A DNA stretch of 35,764 bases from Campylobacterales bacterium (GTDB lineage Bacteria > Campylobacterota > Campylobacteria > Campylobacterales > QNZT01), in assembly GCA_027056215.1 (NCBI GenBank), contig JALULO010000116.1, positions 1-35,764 on the forward strand, given 5' to 3'. Positions 17,058 to 24,183 of the stretch are shown here, in pieces; positions within the stretch are counted from its first letter, which is position 1, and every line of letters begins with the position of its first letter. The notes under the pieces are model-generated. The model ran no database searches and was not told the origin of the DNA. It was given only the letters and a program-made list of their open reading frames with translations. The position numbers and the translations under genes are program-made.

Positions 17058-18323
17058 TTATGTCATGAGAAGTTGATATGCCATGACTACACTTAAGATG
17101 AGTGTTATAATCATAGCAAACAGTGAAAAAAAGTTGGTAAATTTACTTGCAGTGTATTGTCCCATGATTGCTTTATTGTTGGAGATTAGCAGTGTGATGG
17201 CTATAAGCACGGGGATGAGCATACCGTCAAGCACCTGAGAGTAGTAAAGTGCATCAACAACGGTGATGGACGGGATCATATTTATCACATTTCCAAAGAT
17301 TAATGCTCCGACAAAAACAAAGTAAAAGCCTTTTGCATCACTGACTTTATTGTCCATTCCTTCTCTCCATCCAAAAGTGTCTGCCACAGCATAAGCAGTT
17401 GATCCTGCTAATACGGGGATCGCTAGAAGTCCGGAAACAATGATACCCAAACTAAAAAGGACAAAAGCAAAATTCCCTGCGGCAGGTTTAAGTGCGTCAG
17501 AAAGCGTGGTCACATCCTGTATATCTGCTCCCTTGCCATAAAGCATAACTGCACCTGTGACAATCATACAGTAAGCTAAAAGGTTGGAGTATATCATGCC
17601 TACAGCCGTATCAAATCCTACTTCATCAGCTTGCACAACGCTCTTCTTTTCCTCTTTCTCTTCAGCTGCTTGCCAAAAAAGTAAATAAGGTGAAATCGTT
17701 GTACCAAGCATACCAAGGGCTGCAATAATCCATACCGAATTCATCTGAATATGTGGTGTAAAAGTATTTATAAGTAGTTTTGATAGACTGGGTTTAGCCA
17801 GAATCGCTGAGATGATATAAATACCAAGTACGGCAGTTAGACCAATGAGGATATTTCGAATCGTTTTATATTTTCCAAAGAGAATCAGCCACACGATAAG
17901 TGCAGTGAGAGGAATCAAAAAATAGATCGTAGCATACCCTGTGAAGATATGCAATACTGCAGCAATACCATTGAGATCAGCACCGATGGTGAGGATGTTA
18001 GCAATTGCCAATACCATTACCATCATAATAGTCAATTTTTTGGAGTAAAATGCTGTTGTGATTTCTGGCAGGCTTTTCCCCGTAACGATTGCAATACGTG
18101 CAACGGCATTTTGAATGGCAATCATCATAGGTGTGGAGAGTAGTAAAAGCCATAGTTGTGTAAAACCTGTTGTCGCACCAACGATAGTATAAGTAATAAT
18201 ACCGGCAGGATCATCACCTGCCCCTCCTGTGATGATACCTGGACCTAGATCTCTTATACGTTGACGATTACGTGCGATTTGCTCTCGTATTTTAGTATGT
18301 AGAGGAGTGCCGAGATTTCCCAT
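17058..18323 (-). CDS. Nramp-superfamily cation transporter with non-canonical metal site
   Basis: 421 aa with about 11 TM segments. The N-terminus LGPGIITGGAGDDPAGIITYTIVGATTGFTQLWLL is colinear with MntH GP..IAAIGYIDPGN...G..FGY.LLW. DPAG replaces DPGN, and ISPY replaces the TM6 MPH motif. Confidence 0.8.
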   Translation of the reverse strand: MGNLGTPLHTKIREQIARNRQRIRDLGPGIITGGAGDDPAGIITYTIVGATTGFTQLWLLLLSTPMMIAIQNAVARIAIVTGKSLPEITTAFYSKKLTIMMVMVLAIANILTIGADLNGIAAVLHIFTGYATIYFLIPLTALIVWLILFGKYKTIRNILIGLTAVLGIYIISAILAKPSLSKLLINTFTPHIQMNSVWIIAALGMLGTTISPYLLFWQAAEEKEEKKSVVQADEVGFDTAVGMIYSNLLAYCMIVTGAVMLYGKGADIQDVTTLSDALKPAAGNFAFVLFSLGIIVSGLLAIPVLAGSTAYAVADTFGWREGMDNKVSDAKGFYFVFVGALIFGNVINMIPSITVVDALYYSQVLDGMLIPVLIAITLLISNNKAIMGQYTASKFTNFFSLFAMIITLILSVVMAYQLLMT

Positions 18324-18339
18324 CTTGTTCCCTTTCTAA

Positions 18340-18543
18340 TTTTCGATTTTTTTGATCTGATTATCGGGTAATACCATCAAACAGCGAGCTGATACCGACA
18401 AGTCAGGTTTCTGCTGCTACAGAAGTCCATGAAACAAGAAAGATGATTGCTAATACCAGTGAGAAAAATCCATTCATGATAGCATATTTGCTATATTTTG
18501 GCAAAATATCCAGATCTGAGGGTAACATAGAATAGTTCCACAT
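18340..18543 (-). pseudogene. hdeD paralog remnant (large internal deletion plus frameshift; a 46-codon ORF persists at 18403..18543)
   Basis: The minus-strand translation is MWNYSMLPSDLDILPKYSKYAIMNGFFSLVLAIIFLVSWTSVAAET*. This matches HdeD residues about 1-22 fused to about 134-156. Further out-of-frame similarity (..GISSLFDGIT..) extends to about 18340. The RBS AAGGAG is retained. Confidence 0.7.
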
Positions 18544-18637
18544 TCTTGACTCCTTATGATAAAGTTTTTAGATCATTGATAGTGATAGGTTATCAATCAT
18601 TTTCAGCAAAATGATATAAGAAGTTGAAAAATTTGTC

Positions 18638-18653
18638 TGTTTGTTAGCTAACA
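18638..18653. promoter_or_regulatory. Site B of the palindrome (TGTTTGTTAGCTAACA), upstream of the hdeD remnant and the Nramp-like gene
   Basis: The flank tgtctgtttgttagctaacagttatg is nearly identical to that of site A. The same 21-nt gap separates it from the same atgata element (18611-18616). Confidence 0.55.
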
Positions 18654-18767
18654 GTTATGAACCTAACGCAAGAATATTATTTGAGATATATCTTTGTTTT
18701 CTGGCAGATAAATAGAAAATGGTTGTGAACTATTTTTTCTTCTTTATTTTCAAACTTTACAACGACT

Positions 18768-18812
18768 CGTGAGGAATATGTTCCTGTTAGGGATACGTAT
18801 TCCTCCTCCACG
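18768..18812. other. Long imperfect hairpin in the non-coding gap
   Basis: CGTGAGGAATA pairs with TATTCCTC(CTC)CACG, and an inner TCC/GGA pair is possible. No adjacent T tract is present. It lies between the permease pseudogene and the duplicated promoter. Confidence 0.4.
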
Positions 18813-18881
18813 TACTTGTTATATCTGAACTTATTTTAGCAGTGAAAAGTTAAAAATCAAGGTTTGACCCTCTATGCTCTC

Positions 18882-19821
18882 TTAAAAAATAAAATTGTCT
18901 AAAATATATAGCCCGATGCCTATAGCATATACGATAAATCCCCAGAAAAGCATCTGTGTTAGAAAAAGTGCCGATGCTTCACGACTCTCATATGCAGCAT
19001 AGATACGATAGGTGATAAGATTGGCAAGTGCCGCAACAAGAGTACCGAAACCACCGACATTCGTACCCCAGAGCAGTGCTTGCCATTGGGGTGTGAATTG
19101 ATGCAAAAGTAGCGTTGTCGGAACATTGCTGATAAATTGGCTTAGTATGGAAGAGAGCATAAAAATGTGTATCGGATGATCAAGTACATGAAAAAGAATG
19201 CTTTTTGACTGATTTGCAAGTCCCAGAAAAAGTATGAATGTTACCAGAAGTGGATAATCGACTTTGAGTGTTTTGGGAGCCCAAAGTAGTGCGGAAAAAG
19301 GTACGATAAAACCTGTATACCATGGACAGATTCGGAGAACAGAAAGTATGCCCAAAACCAGTAGAAGTAGATACAAAATACCAAGCTGATAATCTCTTTT
19401 TTGTTGGATTTCTATGGAGTGTTTCTCATGTCGTTCTATCGATATCACAAAAGAGATAGCGAGAAAGAGTGCAAAAAGCCCCAGTGAAAAGGGTGCGATG
19501 ACGCGGATAAAGCTGGATATGCCGACTTGATAAAAAGAGAAAATAAAGAGATTCTGAGGTGTGCCAAAAGGTGTGAGTGCAGCACCTAGCCAAAAAGGTA
19601 CCTTTTTCCAAATGCCCTGCAATGGCTGTCAAAAAGCCACTTTCTTCAATCCCTTTAACTGCTACGAAGAGTACCCAGAGCAAAAAAATAGGAATGAGCT
19701 GATCTGACCGGTAGTGTGGAAGTTCATGAAGGTACAAAGTGAGTGAACTGATGCCAAAGAGAGAAAATATGAGTAGCCACTCTTCAATGAAAAACTCACT
19801 TATTCGCTGTATGATTTTCAT
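18882..19821 (-). pseudogene. YbiR/ArsB-NhaD-superfamily anion permease, disrupted (frameshift, probably also an internal deletion)
   Basis: Two overlapping ORFs in different frames (19426..19821 and 18882..19622) read as one protein. The N-part is ...LWVLFVAVKGIEESGFLTAIAGHLEKG. The C-part is VPFWLGAALTPFGTPQNLFIF...ISNVPTTLLL...NVGGFGTLVAALANLI. The frame switch is near the A5 run at about 19600-19612. Confidence 0.6.
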
Positions 19822-20015
19822 GCCATATTCCTATATCTTCCAGTTTCAGCAACTTCGTGTCAATTATTCTTTGAGTTCGTTGACCGGTGAAGAGAAACCG
19901 AGTATACGCATAAGTGGCATCACATGTTCAATCTCTGAATCCTGCGATGCTTTGTGTTGATGATTATGTGTGATTTACTCCTGTATTTTAGATTGCAGGA
20001 GCATTGCGATGTTTC

Positions 20016-20216
20016 TCATTCATCAGAGGACAACTGTTCTTGTTTGAGTGTATCAAGTGCGGTTTGCATCGTATCAAGGATCACTTTTGCTGTTTTTTGT
20101 TCATCATTTTCAGGTAAATCCCAGTCAAAGATATGCATATTGGCTTTGAAGATTAGCCCCATCTCTTTTTTGATGCTTGATTGCATTTTTTCAAGTTCTT
20201 TTTCTAATGGTGTCAT
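20016..20216 (-). CDS. Small acidic cytoplasmic protein, unknown function
   Basis: 66 aa, helical and E/K/D-rich. RBS AAGGAA lies 5-6 nt upstream. It has its own copy of the palindrome plus a -10-like element. Confidence 0.5.
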   Translation of the reverse strand: MTPLEKELEKMQSSIKKEMGLIFKANMHIFDWDLPENDEQKTAKVILDTMQTALDTLKQEQLSSDE

Positions 20217-20274
20217 ATTGTTTCCTTAAAGTAAATTAGTATTATGAATAGTATCATAGATATACATTTAAAAA

Positions 20275-20290
20275 TGTTAGTTGGCTAACA
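20275..20290. promoter_or_regulatory. Site D of the palindrome (TGTTAGTTGGCTAACA), upstream of the 66-aa ORF
   Basis: The half-sites TGTTA/TAACA are perfect. It lies 21 nt from a minus-strand TACTAT (plus-strand coordinates 20248-20253). Confidence 0.5.
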
Positions 20291-20312
20291 AAAGTATATC
20301 GATAGATGGATT

Positions 20313-21605
20313 TTACTCTTTTTGTACTTCTACTTTGTCTGCTCGGGTGATATATTTTTTACGAATGTCAAAGTAGAGGTTGGAAAAGTAGCTCACGAGT
20401 ACGACACTTACACCGGTAGCGACGACGACATTGTAGTCAAAAGTAGTTTCCATCGCCAGTACAACAGCGGTAAGGGGGAGTTTCATGAGAACACCCATAA
20501 AGACTGCTGCGCCGATTGCTGCAAAATAAAAAGGTTCGACAGGCATATAGTAGGTTCTAAGGAGTTCACCAAAGGCGTAGCCGATGAGTGCACCGATACT
20601 CATCAATGGTAAAAATAGTCCTCCAACAGCATTTGCATAGATAGAAATCGTTGTACCGATGATACGCAGTACGATGACAGTTAAAATCAGTGCCAGTGAG
20701 AGGTGGTGTTCTTGGTTTATGAGTGTTATAACGATTACTTTACCGGAAAATGCAGCCTGTGGCTTGATAAGCAAGATGGTGCCTATCGTACCACCGCCGA
20801 TAAGGGCAAAGATATGATTTCTCCAGCGACTGAAGTTTTTAAAGATTTCCAGATCTATGAAATGGAGTACCCGTTTTTTCAAAAAGAGATAAAAATAGAC
20901 AAATGCAGTGATAAATGGGATAAATATCAGATTGGCGATGATGTAAGTATTGTTAAAATGGCGACCATGAGAGTGATGAAATATGATCGGATCAAGGAAA
21001 TTTATACCAACGGAAAAGGCGATCATAGATGCAAGGATGAGATAGCCGATGTATTGTTTGATAAACTGGTAAGCGATATTTTCAACAGCAAAAGCCATCC
21101 CTGTAACAGGTGAGACAAAGATTGCAGCGATACCGCTACTTGCTCCAACACTTATCATCATCTTTATCAGCATCTCAGGAAAACGAAAGAGACGGTGAAT
21201 TTGATAGGCAATCATCGCACCGATACCGGCACTAGGACCTTCTGTTCCAGCAAGAAAGCCACTGGAGAGGGAAAGCGTGGAAGCGATGATTTTGAAAAAA
21301 AGTGTTTTTGTAGTGATAATCATTTTGTTTTTTGCGATGGATTCGGCGATTTCGCTGACACCATATTCGCGGATATTTTTATCTTTAGAAACTATATAGT
21401 TGACAAAAAAGATTGCCAGTGTCGGTACGAGATAGATATACCATACAGGTAGGGTTGGTATGGTCTTGTAAGGATCTCCCATAAAAAGAAAATAGGTAAC
21501 AAAAGTGATGAGTAACTCATAAAAAGTGATAAAAAAACCGCTAATCAGACCAGTTATGATAGAAGCGATGATGAGTTTGCCAAGCATACTGGTGATACCT
21601 TTCAT
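20313..21605 (-). CDS. ClC-family chloride channel/antiporter homolog (no CBS domains)
   Basis: GTEGP corresponds to the GREGP gating-Glu motif, and GGLFLPLMSIG to the GxFxP motif. ...METTFDY corresponds to the central Tyr region. 430 aa and all-membrane. Confidence 0.85.
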   Translation of the reverse strand: MKGITSMLGKLIIASIITGLISGFFITFYELLITFVTYFLFMGDPYKTIPTLPVWYIYLVPTLAIFFVNYIVSKDKNIREYGVSEIAESIAKNKMIITTKTLFFKIIASTLSLSSGFLAGTEGPSAGIGAMIAYQIHRLFRFPEMLIKMMISVGASSGIAAIFVSPVTGMAFAVENIAYQFIKQYIGYLILASMIAFSVGINFLDPIIFHHSHGRHFNNTYIIANLIFIPFITAFVYFYLFLKKRVLHFIDLEIFKNFSRWRNHIFALIGGGTIGTILLIKPQAAFSGKVIVITLINQEHHLSLALILTVIVLRIIGTTISIYANAVGGLFLPLMSIGALIGYAFGELLRTYYMPVEPFYFAAIGAAVFMGVLMKLPLTAVVLAMETTFDYNVVVATGVSVVLVSYFSNLYFDIRKKYITRADKVEVQKE

Positions 21606-21619
21606 ATAATATGAGGAAT

Positions 21620-21633
21620 GGATTTAAATCCAC
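21620..21633. other. Perfect 14-bp palindrome TGGATTTAAATCCA between the nhaP stop and the ClC start
   Basis: Read directly from the sequence. It may be an operator or a short terminator stem. It lies 15 nt upstream of the ClC ATG. Confidence 0.35.
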
Positions 21634-21664
21634 ATGAAAGTATAGCAAAAATTTCAGTAAAATT

Positions 21665-23221
21665 TTATATGCCGAGATTTTCCAACTCTAGAAGTTTTGA
21701 ATCAAGTTCATTTTGTAAGTGATGGTAAACATCTGAACTTAAAGTACCGCTTTGATAAAGTTCTAAAAGTCTGGCTTTTTGATTTAGGATAGCATGTCGT
21801 TTAAAACGAAGCATCTCTTCATGCATCATAACATCATGATCTATATCTAGTGTATCAAGTTTTGCCGTAGTTTCATCGAGTATCTTTTGATACTCATTTT
21901 TGAGTTGATCCATACTTTTTTTACTTAGCATACGTCGTTTGTGTAGTTTTTCAAGATCCTCCAATGTTTCTCCTATCATAGATATCTCTGCTTTGAGCAT
22001 CTCATAGTCATACATTTGCGATCGGGTATTGACGATTGCAAGCATCTTTAGAAGCGGTGTCATAGTCAATCCCTGAATAAAAAGTGAAAGTAATACAACT
22101 CCAAAGACCAATGTTACTATCACTTCTTTAAATGCCATTGTGTCAGGTAGGCTGAGTGCTAGTACCATTGAAAGTGCGCCACGTAGTCCACCCCATTCCA
22201 TAGCGATACTCCAGCGAAAAGGAAAGTGTAGTTTTGTAGGATAAAAAAGTGCCCATGTCCCTGTAACGACGACAAAACGTGCAACCAGTACAGAACCATA
22301 TGCGATTAGTACAATAGGCCATAGTTCCCAGAGCATTTGTAGGTTGATAGCAAACCCCATGAGAAGAAAAATAAGAGAGTTGAGGGCAAAAGCGATATAT
22401 TCCCAAAAAGTTTCCGTTGTGATGCGTATAGAGGGAAAGATAGTTTGGCTAAAACCCTTGTTCCCACAGATGAGTCCAGTTGCAACAGTACTCATAACCC
22501 CGGATACACCAAGATTATCAGCAATCAAAAAAGAGCCATAGGCTGCAACTGTCGTCACTGTGATAGTGATCATGGCATCGTCGAGGTGTTGCATCGTGAC
22601 GGATGCAAGAAGACCGACGATTGTTCCGACAAGTAACCCCAATCCTACAATACGAAAAAAATTGATCATAGAAGCATCAAAAGAGGAGAGATGTCCTTGA
22701 AGGTATTGCATAGCAAGTATAAATACAACGATCGAAGTACCATCGTTGAGCAAACTTTCACTTTCTATGAGTATACGTAGTCTTCTAGGTGCACCTAACT
22801 CTTTAAAGATGGAAACTACAGAGACAGGATCTGTCGCTGCAACTGCCGCACCAAATAAAATCGCGAGTGGCCAAGTGATGGTATCGATTTGGGTAAATTC
22901 TACACTAACAGGAATCAAAACAGCCGCTGTTGCCAATGTGGAGATGATGACACCAGGGATGACCAATACTGTAACGATCCAAAACTCTTTTGTCATTTCT
23001 GATGAACGTAGATGGATAGCTGCTTCGAAAATGAGTCCTGGTAAAAAGATTGTATAAAGTATCTCTTGACTGATCTTAGGAGCGTTGAGGAGATGTGCTG
23101 CACCGAGTGCCAATCCCACGCCCATCAAGGCAATAGTATAAGGAAGGTGGATGCGTTTCGCTAGTACCGCAACTGTTGATGCGATGATAAAAAGAATTAA
23201 AATAATTGATTCGTTGTTCAT
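21665..23221 (-). CDS. NhaP/CPA1-family Na+(K+)/H+ antiporter with C-terminal cytoplasmic coiled-coil domain
   Basis: 518 aa. The membrane domain contains ...AATDPVSVVSIFKELGAP..L..L.ESESLLNDGTSIV..., the typical CPA1 signature. A helical tail of about 120 aa follows. Confidence 0.85.
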   Translation of the reverse strand: MNNESIILILFIIASTVAVLAKRIHLPYTIALMGVGLALGAAHLLNAPKISQEILYTIFLPGLIFEAAIHLRSSEMTKEFWIVTVLVIPGVIISTLATAAVLIPVSVEFTQIDTITWPLAILFGAAVAATDPVSVVSIFKELGAPRRLRILIESESLLNDGTSIVVFILAMQYLQGHLSSFDASMINFFRIVGLGLLVGTIVGLLASVTMQHLDDAMITITVTTVAAYGSFLIADNLGVSGVMSTVATGLICGNKGFSQTIFPSIRITTETFWEYIAFALNSLIFLLMGFAINLQMLWELWPIVLIAYGSVLVARFVVVTGTWALFYPTKLHFPFRWSIAMEWGGLRGALSMVLALSLPDTMAFKEVIVTLVFGVVLLSLFIQGLTMTPLLKMLAIVNTRSQMYDYEMLKAEISMIGETLEDLEKLHKRRMLSKKSMDQLKNEYQKILDETTAKLDTLDIDHDVMMHEEMLRFKRHAILNQKARLLELYQSGTLSSDVYHHLQNELDSKLLELENLGI

Positions 23222-23242
23222 GGTAGATTGGATATCAGTTGA

Positions 23243-23974
23243 TCATACTTTGGAGGCATGATTTTGATCGATTTTATGAATCAATTGTTCAAGGTTCTTG
23301 ATCGCAAGGTGTCCTCGGGTGCTGAGGATAACTTCTTCTTTCTTTAGCTTCTGTATTTGTGTGCTGACAACTGAGCGGACTGATCCTACCATCTCAGAGA
23401 GTGATTCATGTGAGAGAGTATTGATGAGTTTAACAGGATAATGTTCGTCTGAATCATTGCTCTTTGGAAGTGCGTGTTGTAAGATGAGTTTGGCAAGACG
23501 TGTGGCTGTATCGTCGAAGACCATTGATTCTCCAAAAGCTTCAAGGTGACGCATCATATCACCCAGATAAGGTAAAAAAGCTTCATTAAATTTTGGATGT
23601 GTTTCAATCCACACTCTCGCCTTCTCTAGTGGTGTATAAAGTACCGTAATCTCGTCCATGGCGATTGGAAATACGACATGCTCTTGACCATCAAGAAGGG
23701 TAAAAATATCATAAATATCGCCGGGTGCTAAAAGAAACGGTGCAATACTTCTACCTGTATTTGGATTAACTTGTGTGATCTTTAAACGACCTTTTAAGAT
23801 GACATGACAATATTTCATAGCTTCTTCATGATCGATGGTTTCACTTTTCTTCCAACTAGTGATCTGACATTTTTGAAGTATCTCTTTTTTGCTTTGTTCT
23901 TCAAGACCACTAAAAAGAGGTGCATTTTGCAAGAGAGTATTGGCTTCGTGATACCAGTTGTTGTTTTCTGTCAT
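23243..23974 (-). CDS. Crp/Fnr-family transcriptional regulator (cNMP-binding-like domain plus C-terminal HTH)
   Basis: PLFSGLEE... begins the beta-roll domain. HTH: SHESLSEMVGSVRSVVSTQIQKLKKEEVI. There is no N-terminal FNR Cys cluster. I chose the start at the ATG at 23974, which has AAAGG 6 nt upstream. The ORF is open to a GTG at 24028. Confidence 0.85.
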   Translation of the reverse strand: MTENNNWYHEANTLLQNAPLFSGLEEQSKKEILQKCQITSWKKSETIDHEEAMKYCHVILKGRLKITQVNPNTGRSIAPFLLAPGDIYDIFTLLDGQEHVVFPIAMDEITVLYTPLEKARVWIETHPKFNEAFLPYLGDMMRHLEAFGESMVFDDTATRLAKLILQHALPKSNDSDEHYPVKLINTLSHESLSEMVGSVRSVVSTQIQKLKKEEVILSTRGHLAIKNLEQLIHKIDQNHASKV

Positions 23975-24074
23975 GTTCATCCTTTTGTGATTGTAGTATG
24001 ATAGCATTATTTCATTTTGAGTTTTCACTATGATGAAATATTAGAGATAATTATTTGAACTTTTGTACCTCTTT

Positions 24075-24090
24075 TGTTAGTTGACTGACA
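24075..24090. promoter_or_regulatory. Site E of the palindrome (TGTTAGTTGACTGACA) in the divergent crp / MBL-pps intergenic region
   Basis: Lies 21 nt upstream of the extended -10 TGaTATAAT (24109-24117) that faces the plus-strand operon. Confidence 0.5.
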
Positions 24091-24183
24091 TACAGGAAAA
24101 TATCTATGTGATATAATTTCAACCGATAGCATCTATTTACTTGAGATGATGCAAAATTGTAAATCAAATACGAAGGATATATA

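Noticed and set aside
19822-20015. Possible riboswitch or leader RNA in the 194-nt spacer upstream of the permease pseudogene. The neighbouring ClC prompted a check for a fluoride (crcB) or Mn2+ (yybP-ykoY) motif.
   Set aside because: I could not recognise the conserved cores of these or other riboswitch classes. Only short generic stems are present. The ClC has GxEGP with Pro, not the CLC-F-type signature.
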